From: Eledone cirrhosa | Lineage: Eukaryota | Reading direction: 5' to 3' | NCBI GenBank assembly: GCA_964016885.1 | Contig: OZ024740.1 | Coordinates: 9,114,001 to 9,178,000 of the forward strand | DNA: 64,000 bases | Shown: one piece after another, positions 53,701 through 64,000 of the stretch | Layout of the letters: each line of letters begins with the position of its first letter | Numbering within the stretch: the stretch's first letter is position 1 | The notes under the pieces: model-generated | What the model saw: the letters and a program-made list of their open reading frames with translations, nothing else | Told to the model about the DNA's origin: nothing | Database searches by the model: none | Position numbers and translations under genes: made by a program

Positions 53701-56700
53701 AGTTTCGATTAGTATGTTAGTTTCTATTGGTATGTCAGTTTCGATTAGTATATCAGTTTCTATTGGTATGTCAGTTTCCATTGGTATAACAATTTTTATT
53801 GGTATATCAGTCTCGATTGGTATATCAGTTTCGATTGGTATATCAGTTTCGATTGGTATGTCAGTTTCTATTGGTATGTCAGTTTCTATTGGTATGTCAG
53901 TTTCAATTGGTATATCAGTTTCAATTGGTATGTCAGTTTAATTGGTATGTCTATTTCGATTGGTATATCAGTTTCTATTTGTATGTCAGTCTCGATTGGT
54001 ATATGAGTTTTGATTGGTATATCAGTTTCTATTTGTATATCAGTTCCGATTGGTATATCAGTTTCGATTGGTATGTCAGTTTCTATTGGTATATCAGTTT
54101 CGATTGATATATCAGTTTCGATTAGTATGTTAGTTTCTATTGGTATGTTAGACCTCGATTTGAATGTCAGTTTCTATTGGTATATCAATTTCGATTGGTA
54201 TGTCAGTTTCTATTGGTATGTCAGTTTCTATTGGTATATCAGTTTCGATTGGTATGTCAGTTTCGATTAGTATATCAGATTCTATTGGTATGTCAGTTTC
54301 TATTGGTATATCAATTTCGATTGGTATATCAGTTTCGATTAGTATGTCAGTTTCTATTAATATATCAGTTTCTGTTGGTATACCATTTTTGATTGGTACG
54401 TTAGTTTCTAATGGTATGTCAGTATATATTTGTATATCAGTTTCGATTTGTATGTCAGTTTCCATTGGTATGTCAGTTTCGATTTGTATATCAGTTTCTA
54501 TTTGTATATCAGTTTCGATTGGTATGTTAGTCCTCGATTGTTATATCAGTTTCGATTGGTATATCAGTTTTGATTGGTATGTTAGTTTCTATTGGTATGT
54601 CAGTTTCCATTAGTATATCAGTTTCTATTGGTATATCAGTTTCGATTTGTATGTTAGTCCTCGATTTGTATGTCAGTTTCTGTTGGTATGACAATTTCGA
54701 TTGGTATGTCAGTTTCTATTAGTATATCAGTTTCGAATGGTATGTCAATTTCTATTGGTGTGTAAGTTTCGATTAGTATATCAGTTTCTATTTGTATGTC
54801 AATTTTCGAGTGATATGTCAGTTTCTCTTGGTATATCAGTTTCTATTGATATATCAGTTTCGATTGGTATGTCAGTTTCGATTAGTTAATCAGTTTCTAT
54901 TTGTATGTCAATTTCTATTGGTATATCAGTTTCGATTGGTATATCAGTTTCGATTGGTATGTCAATTTCGATTGGTATGTCAGTTTCGATTAGTATATCA
55001 GTTTCGATTGGTATGTCAGTTTCGATTGGTAATGTCAGTTTCTATTGGTATATCAGTTCCGATTCATATATCGGTTCCGATTAGTATATCAGATTCTATT
55101 GATGTGTCAGTTTCGATTACTATATCAGCTTCTATTTGTATGTCAGTTTCAATTAGTATATCAGTTTCTATTGGTATGTCAGTTTCTATTGGTATATCAA
55201 TTTCGATTGGTATATTAGTTTCGATTAGTATGTCAGTTTCGATTCATATGTCAGTTTCTATTGGTATGCCAGTTTCGATTAGTATATCAGTTTCTATTGG
55301 TATATAAGTTTTGATTGGTATATCAGTTTTGATTAGTATGTCAGTTTCTATTGGTATATCAGTTTCTATTGGTATGTCAGTTTTGATTGGTATGTCAGTT
55401 TCTATTGGTATATCAGTTTCGATTGGTATATCAGTGTCGATTGGTATGTCAGTTTCGATTAGTATATCAGTGTCGATTGGTATGTCAGTTTCGATTAGTA
55501 TATAAGTTTCTGTTGGTATATCATTTTCTATTGGTATGTTAGTTTCTAATGGTATGTCAGTTTATATTTGTATGTCAGTTTCGATTGGTATGTTAGTTTC
55601 TAATGGTATGTCAGTTTCTATTGGTATGTCAGTTTTGATTAGTATATCAGTTTCTATTGGTATATCAATTTCGATTGGTATATCAGTTTCGATTAGTATG
55701 TCAGTTTCGATTCATATGTCAGTTTCAATTTGTATGTCAGTTTCGATTTGTATATCAGTTTCGATTAGTATGTCAGTTTCTATTGGTATATCAGTTTCTA
55801 TTGGTATGTCAGTTTTGATTGGTATGTCAGTTTCTATTGGTATATCAGTTTCGATTGGTATATCAGTGTCGATTGGTATGTCAGTTTCGATTAGTATATC
55901 AGTGTCGATTGGTATATCAGTTTCTGTTGGTATATCATTTTCGATTGGTATGTTAGTTTCTAATGGTATGTCAGTATATATTTATATGTCAGTTTCGATT
56001 GGTATGTCAGTTTCCATTGGTATGTCAGTTTCGATTGGTATGTCAGTTTATATTGGTATATCAGTTTTGATTCATATATCGGTTTCGATTAGTATATCAG
56101 TTTCTATTGATGTGTCAGTTTCGATTAGTATATCAGCTTCTAATATGTATGTCAGTTTCGATTGGTATGTCAGTTTCTATTGGTATATCTGTTTCGATTG
56201 GTATATCAGTTTTTCGATTCGTATGTCAGTTTCTATTATTATGTCAGTTTGTATTGGTATATCAGTTTCAATTCGTATATCAGTTTCTATTGGTATGTCA
56301 GTTTTATTGGTATGTCAGTTTCCATTGGTATATCAGTTTCTGTTGGTATGTCTGTTTCTATTGGTATGTCAGTTTTGACTAGTATATCAGTCTCTATTGG
56401 TATGTCAGTTTCGATTGGTATATCAGTTTTGATTGGTATATCAGTTTCTATTTGTATGTCAGTCTCGATTGGTATATCAGTTTTGATTGGTATATCAGAT
56501 TCTATTGATATATCAGTCTCGATTGGTATGTCAGTTTCAATTAGTATATCAGTTTCTATTGGTATGTCAGTTTCTATTGGTATATCAATTTCGATTGGTA
56601 TATCAGTTTCGATTAGTATGTCAGTTTCGATTCATATGTCAGTTTCAATTTGTATGTCAGTTTCGATTTGTATATCAGTTTCGATTAGTATGTCAGTTTC

Positions 56701-59700
56701 TATTGGTATATCAGTTTCTACTGGTATGTCAGTTTTGATTGGTATGTCAGTTTCTATTGGTATATCAGTTTCGATTGGTATATCAGTGTCGATTGGTATG
56801 TCAGTTTCGATTAGTATATCAGTGTCGATTGGTATGTCAGTTTCGATAAGTATATCAGTTTCTGTTTGTATATCATTTTCTATTGGTATGTTAGTTTCTA
56901 ATGGTATGTCAGTTTATATTGGTATGTCAGTTTCGATTAGTATATCAGTTTCTATTGGTATATCAGTTTCGATTGGTATTTAGTCCTCGATTTGTATGTC
57001 AGTTTCTATTGGTATATCAGTTTTGATTGGTATGTCAGTTTCTATTGGTATGTCAGTTTCAATTGGTATATCAGTTTCAATTGGTATGTCAGTTTTATTG
57101 GTATGTCAATTTCGATTGGTATATCAGTTTTGATTGGTACGTCAGTTTCTATTGGTATATCAGTTTATATTTGTATGTCAGTTTCGATTGGTATCTCAGT
57201 TTCTATTGGTATATCAGTTTTGATTGCTATGTTAGTTTCGATTGGTATATCAGTTTCGATTGATATATCAATTTCTACGTGTATATCAGTTCAGATTGGT
57301 ATATCAGTTTTGATTGGTATGTCAGTTTTGATTGGTATGTCAGTTTCTATTGGTATATCAGTTTCTATTGGTATATCAGTTTCTATTGGTATGTTAGTTT
57401 CTATTGGTATATCAGTTTTGATTGGTATGTTAGTTTCTATTGGTATGTCAGTTTCGATTAGTATATCAGTTTCTATTGGTATGTCAGTTTCGATTGGTAT
57501 GTTAGTCCTCGATTCGTATGTCAGTTTCTATTGGTATATCAATTTCGATTGGTAGGTCAGTTTCTATTGGTATATCAGTTTCTATTGGTATGCCAGTTTT
57601 GATTAGTATGTCAGTTTCTATTGGTATATCAGTTTCGATTGGTATATCAGTTTCTATTGTTATATCACTCCCGATTGGTATATCAGTTTCTATTGGTATA
57701 TCAGTTTCGATTGGTATGTTGGATTCTATTGGTATGTCAGTTTATATGTGTATGTCAGTTTCGATTGGTATGTCAGTTTCTATTGGTATATCAGTTTTGA
57801 TTGGTATGTTAGTTTCTATTGGTATGTCAGTTCCGATTGGTATGTTAGTCCTCGATTTGTATGTCAATTTCTATTGGTATATCAATATCGATTGGTATGT
57901 CAGTTTCTATTGGTATGTCAGTTTCTATTCGTATATCAATTTCGATTGGTATATCAGTTTCGATTAGTATGTCAGTTTCGATTCATATGTCAGTTTCGAT
58001 TGGTATGTCAGTTTCGATTGGTTTGTCAGTTTCAATTTGTATGTCAGTTTCGATTGCTATGTCAGTTTTGATTGGTATGTCAGTTTCTATTGGTATATCA
58101 GTTTCGATTGGTATATCAGTGTCGATTGGTATGTCAGTTTCGATTAGTATATCAGTGTCGATTGGTATGTCAGTTTCGATGAGTATATCAGTTTCTATTG
58201 GTATGTCAGTTTCTATTGGTATATCAGTTTCTATTGGTATATCAGTTTCTATTGGTATGTTAGTTTCTATTTGTATATCAGTTTTGATTGGTATGTTAGT
58301 TTCTATTGGTATATCAGTTTCAATTGGTATGTCAGTTTTATTGGTATGTCAATTTCGATTGGTATATCAGTTTCGATTGGTATGTCAATTTCGATTGGTA
58401 TGTCAGTTTAGATTTGTATATCAGTTTGAATTTGTATGTCAGTTTCGATTGGTATGTCAGTTTCGATTGGTATGTCAGTTTCTATTGGTATATCAATATC
58501 GATTCATATATCGGTTTCAATTAGTATATCAGTTTCTATTGATGTGTCAGTTTCAAATGGTATATCAGTTTCGATTAGTATGTCAGTTTCTATTATTATG
58601 TCAGTATGTATTGGTATATCAGTTTCAATTGGTATATCAGTTTCTATTGGTATGTCAGTTTTATTGGTATGTCAGTTTCGATTGGTATATCAGTTTCTGT
58701 TGGTATGTCAATTTCGATTATTATGTCAGTTTATATTGGAATATCAGTTTCTATTGGTATGTCAGTTTTGACTAGTATATCAGTCTCTATTGGTATGTCA
58801 ATTTCGATTGGTATGTCTATTTCGATTGGTATATCAGTTTCTACATGTATGTCAGTCTCGATTGGTATATCAGTTTCTATTGGTATATCAGTTCCGATTG
58901 GTATATCAGTTTCGATTGGTATGTCAGTTTATATTGGTATATCAGTTTCGATTGATATATCAGTTTTGATTAGTATGTCAGTTTCTATTGGTATGTCAGT
59001 TTCGATTAGTATATCAGTTTCTATTGGTATGTCAGTTTCGATTGGTATGTCAGTTTCTATTGGTATATCAGTTTAGGTTGGTATATCAGTTTCGATTGGT
59101 ATGTCAGTTTCTCTTGGTATGTCAGTTTCTATTGGTATGTCAGTTTCAATTGGTATATCAGTTTCAATTGGTATGTCAGTTTAATTGGTACGTCAATTTT
59201 GATTGGTATATCAGTTTCGATTGGTATGTCAGTTTCTATTGGTATTTCAGTTTATATTTGTATGTCAGTTTCGATTTGTATGTCAGTTTCTATTGTTATA
59301 TCAGTTTTGATTGGTATGTTAGTTTCTATTGGTATGTCAGTTCCGATTGGTATGTTAGTCCTCGATTTGTATGTCAGTTTCTATTGGTATATCAATTTCG
59401 ATTGGTATGTCTGTTTCTATTGGTATGTCAGTTTCTATTAGTATATCAGTTTCGAATCATATGTCAGTTTCGATTGGTATGTCAGTTTCGATTGGTATGT
59501 CAGTTTCAATTTGTATGTCAGTTTCGATTGGTATATCAGTTTCGATTAGTATGTCAGTTTCTATTGGTATATCAGTTTCTATTGGTATGTCAGTTTTGAT
59601 TGGTATGTGAGTTTCCATTGGTATATCAGTTTCGATTGGTATATCAGTGTCGATTGGTATGTCAGTTTCGATTAGTATATCAGTGTCGATTGGTATTTCA

Positions 59701-62700
59701 GTTTCGATTAGTACATCAGTTTCTATTGGTATGTCAGTTTCTATTGTATATCAGTTTCTATTCGTATGTTAGTTTCTATTTGTATATCAGTTTTGATTGG
59801 TATGTTAGTTTCTATTGGTATGTCAGTTTCGATTAGTATATCAGTTTCTATTAGTATGTCAGTTTCGATTTGTATGTCAGTTTCTATTGGTATGTCAGTT
59901 TTGATTAGTATATCAGTTTCAATTTGTATGTCAGTTTCTATTGGTATGTCAGTTTCGATTAGTATATCAGTTTCTATTAGTATATCAGTTTCGATTAGTA
60001 TGTCAGTTTCTATTGGTATGTCAGTTTTGATTAGTATATCAGTTTCTATTGGTATATCAGTTTCGATTGGTATGTCAGTTTCTATTGGTATATCAGTGTC
60101 GATTGGTATGTCAGTTTCGATTAGTATATCAGTTTCTATTGGTATATCAGTTTCTATTGGTATATCAGATTCTATTGGTATATCAGTTTCTATTGGTATG
60201 TTAGTTTCTATTTGTATATCAGTTTTGATTGGTATGTTAGTTTCTATTGGTATGTCAGTTTCGATTAGTATACCAGTTTCTTTTAGTATGTCAGTTTCGA
60301 TTTGTATGTCAGTTTCTATTGGTATATCAATTTCGATTGGTATATCAGTTTCAATTGGTATGTCAGTTTTGATTGGTATGTCAGTTTCTATTGGTATATC
60401 AGTTTCGATTGATATATCAGTTTCGATTAGTATGTCAGTTTCTATTGGTATGTCAGTTTCGATTAGTATATCAGTTTCTATTGGTATATCAGTTTCGATT
60501 GGTATGTCAGTTTCGATTGGTATATCAGTTTCGATTGGTATATATGTTTTGATTAGTATATAGGTTTCGATTGGTATGTCAGTTTCTATTGGTATGTCAG
60601 TTTCTATTGGTATGTCAGTTTCTATTGGTATGTCAGTTTCAATTGGTATATCAGTTTCGATTGGTATATCAGTTTCTATTGGTATATCAGATTATATTTG
60701 TATGTCAGTTTCGATTGGTATCTCAGTTTCTATTGGTATATTAGTTTTGATTGGTATGTTAGTTTCGATTGGTATATCAGTTTCGATTGGTATATCAATT
60801 TCTACGTGTATATCAGTTCCGATTGGTATATCAGTTTCGATTGGTATGTCAGTTTCGATTGGTATGTCAGTTTCTATTGGTATATCAGTTTATATTTGTA
60901 TGTCAGTTTCGATTGGTATGTCAGTTTCGATTGGTATATCAGTTTCAATTTGTATGTCAGTTTCTATTGGTATGTCAGTTTCGATTAGTATATCAGTTTC
61001 TATTAGTATATCAGTTTCGATTAGTATGTCAGTTTCTATTGGTATATCAGTGTCGATTGGTATGTCAGTTTCGATTAGTATATCAGTTTCTATTGGTATA
61101 TCAGATTCTATTGGTATATCAGTTTCTATTGGTATGTTAGTTTCTATTTGTATATCAGTTTTGATTGGTAGGTTAGTTTCTATTGGTATGTCAGTTTCGA
61201 TTAGTATACCAGTTTCTATTAGTATGTCAGTTTCGATTTGTATGTCAGTTTCTATTGGTATATCAATTTCGATTGGTATATCAGTTTCAATTGGTATGTC
61301 AGTTTTGATTGGTATGTCAGTTTCTATTGGTATATCAGTTTCGATTGATATATCAGTTTCGATTAGTATGTCAGTTTCTATTGGTATGTCAGTTTCGATT
61401 AGTATATCAGTTTCTATTGGTATATCAGTTTCGATTGGTATGTCAGTTTCGATTGGTATATCAGTTTCGATTGGTATATCAGTTTTGAGTAGTATATAGG
61501 TTTCGATTGGTATGTCAGTTTCTATTGGTATGTCAGTTTCTATTGGTATGTCAGTTTCAATTGGTATATCAGTTTCAATTGTTATGTCAGTTTTATTGGT
61601 ATGTCAATTTCGATTGGTATATCAGTTTCGATTGGTATATCAGTTTCTATTGGTATATCAGATTATATTTGTATGTCAGTTTCGATTGGTATCTCAGTTT
61701 CTATTGGTATATCAGTTTTGATTAGTATGTTAGTTTCGATTGGTATATCAGTTTTGATTGGTATGTGAGGTTTTGATTGGTATGTCAGTTTCTATTGGTA
61801 TATCAGTTTCTATTGGTATATCAGTTTCTATTGGTATGTTAGTTTCTATTGGTATATCAGTTATTATTGGTATGTTAGTTTCTATTGGTATGTCAGTTTC
61901 GATTAGTATATCAGTGTCTAATGGTATGTCAGTTTCGATTGGTATGTTAGTCCTCGATTTGTATATCAATTTCGATTGGTAGGTCAGTTTCTATTAGTAT
62001 ATCAGTTTCTATTGGTATGTCAGTTTCGATTGGTATGTTAGTCCTCGATTTGTATATCAGTTTCTATTGGTATATCAATTTCGATTGGTAGGTCAGTTTC
62101 TATTGGTATATCAGTTTCTATTGGTATGTCAGTTTTGATTGGTATGTCAGTTTCTATTGGTATATCAGTTTCGATTGGTATATCAGTTTCTATTGTTATA
62201 TCAGTTCCAATTGGTATATCAGTTTCGATTAGTATATCAGTTTCTATTTGTATATCAGTCCCCATTGGTATATCAGTTTCAATTGGTATGTCAGTTTCGA
62301 TTGGTATATCAGTTTCGCTTGATATATCCGTTTCGACTAGTATATCAGTTTCTATTGGTATGTCAGTTTCGATTAGTATATCAGTTTCTATTGGTATATC
62401 AGTTTCGATTGGTATGTTAGTTTCTTTTGGTATGTCAGTTTTATTGGTATGTCAATTTCAATTGGTATATCAGTTTATATTTGTATGTCAGTTTCGATTG
62501 GTATGTCAGTTTCTATTGGTATATCAGTTTTGATTGGTATGTTAGTTTCTATTGGTATGTCAGGTCCGATTGGTATGTTAGTCCGCGATTCGTACATAAG
62601 TTTCTATTGGTATATCAATTTAGATTGGTATGTCAGTTTCTATTGGTCTGTTAGTTTCTATTGGTATATCAGTTTCTATTGGTATGACAGTTTTGATTGG

Positions 62701-64000
62701 TATGTCAGTTTCTATTGGTATATCAGTTTCGATTGGTATATCAGTTTCTATTGGTATATCAGTTCCGATTGGTATATCAGTTTCGATTGCTATGTCAGTT
62801 TCGATTAGTATATCAGTTTCTATTGGTATGTCAGTTATGATTGGTATGTCAGTTTCTATTGGTATATCAGTTTCTATTGGTATATCAATTTCGATTGGTA
62901 TGTCAGTTTCTATTGGTATGTCAGTTTCTATTGGTATATCAATTTCGATTGATATGCCAGTTTCGATTGGTATGTCAGTTTCGATTTGTATGTCAGTTTC
63001 GATTGGTATATCAGTTTCGATTAGTATGTCAGTTTCTATTGGTATATCGGTTTCCATTGGTATATCAGTTTCGATTAGTATATAAGTTTCGATTGGTATG
63101 TCAGTTTCTATTGGTATGTCAGTTTCTATTGGTATGTCAGTTTCAATTGGTATATCAGTTTCAATTGGTATGTCAGTTTTATTGGTATGTCAATTTCGAT
63201 TGGTATATCAGTTTTGATTGGTACGTCAGTTTCTATTGGTATATCAGTTTATATTTGTATGTCAGTTTCGATTGGTATCTCAGTTTCTATTGGTATATCA
63301 GTTTTGATTGCTATGTTAGTTTCGATTGGTATATCAGTTTTGATTGATATATCAATTTCTACGTGTATATCAGTTCAGATTGGTATATCAGTTTTGATTG
63401 GTATGTCAGTTTTGATTGGTATGTCAGTTTCTATTGGTATATCAGTTTCTATTGGTATATCAGTTTCTATTGGTATATCAGTTTCTATTGGTATGTTAGT
63501 TTCTATTGGTATATCAGTTTTGATTGGTATGTTAGTTTCTATTGGTATGTCAGTTTCGATTAGTATATCAGTTTCTATTGGTATGTCAGTTTCGATTGGT
63601 ATGTTAGTCCTCGATTCGTATGTCAGTTTCTATTGGTATATCAATTTCGATTGGTAGGTCAGTTTCTATTGGTATATCAGTTTCTATTGGTATGCCAGTT
63701 TTGATTAGTATGTCAGTTTCTATTGGTATATCAGTTTCGATTGGTATATCAGTTTCTATTGTTATATCACTCCCGATTGGTATATCAGTTTCTATTGGTA
63801 TATCAGTTTCGATTGGTATGTTAGATTCTATTGGTATGTGAGTTTATATTTGTATGTCAGTTTCGATTGGTATGTCAGTTTCTATTGGTATATCAGTTTT
63901 GATTGGTATGTTAGTTTCTATTGGTATGTCAGTTCCGATTGGTATGTTAGTCCTCGATTTGTATGTCAATTTCTATTGGTATATCAATATCGATTGGTAT
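44752..64000 (+). repeat. ~19-kb block of more diverged 18-bp satellite (continues beyond window end)
   Basis: Same consensus and orientation, more substitutions and more 17/19-bp monomers; local duplications at offsets 271 (50376/50647), 936 (60271/61207) and ~6.1 kb (57030-57900 vs 63115-64000). Confidence 0.97.

Noticed and set aside
1-64000. CRISPR array or bacterial retron/DGR/group II intron system (repeats next to an RT)
   Set aside because: No unique spacers, cas genes or bacterial gene context; the RT has non-LTR motifs, variable 5' truncations and a (GAT)n tail
1-64000. Telomerase-made telomeric array with SART/TRAS-like elements
   Set aside because: Monomers are heterogeneous and propagate in kb-scale blocks, unlike templated synthesis; no chromosome end or canonical telomere repeat is visible. 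A subtelomeric location is not excluded

Overview
Eukaryotic satellite DNA, with no host genes, RNA genes or CRISPR. About 84% of the window is a single-orientation tandem array of an 18-bp monomer, TCAGTTTC[G/T]ATTGGTAT[G/A]. Almost every ORF in the track ((SVSIG[M/I])n, (QFRLVC)n, (YVSFDW)n, (IETDIP)n) is a by-product of that repeat. The array is interrupted by ten 5'-truncated copies (E1-E10) of one RTE-like non-LTR retrotransposon with a (GAT)n tail, nine on + and one on -. Junctions reduce them to six independent insertions plus four copies made by duplication or unequal crossover. The main observation is that all six independent 3' junctions fall at the same position of the monomer (GGT^AT[G/A]T) and five restore the 18-bp phase when excised. 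The RT also carries an internal Cys4-His-Cys3 PHD-type finger. Together these suggest a candidate satellite-targeting LINE, which cannot be proven from one window. The array has nested recent duplications (1.0, 1.4, 2.4, 3.9, 6.3 kb) and a change in variant monomers near 29 kb. The element's 3' end resembles, from memory only, cephalopod (Octopus) RTE/SINE tails. Coordinates were counted by hand and duplication boundaries are approximate.
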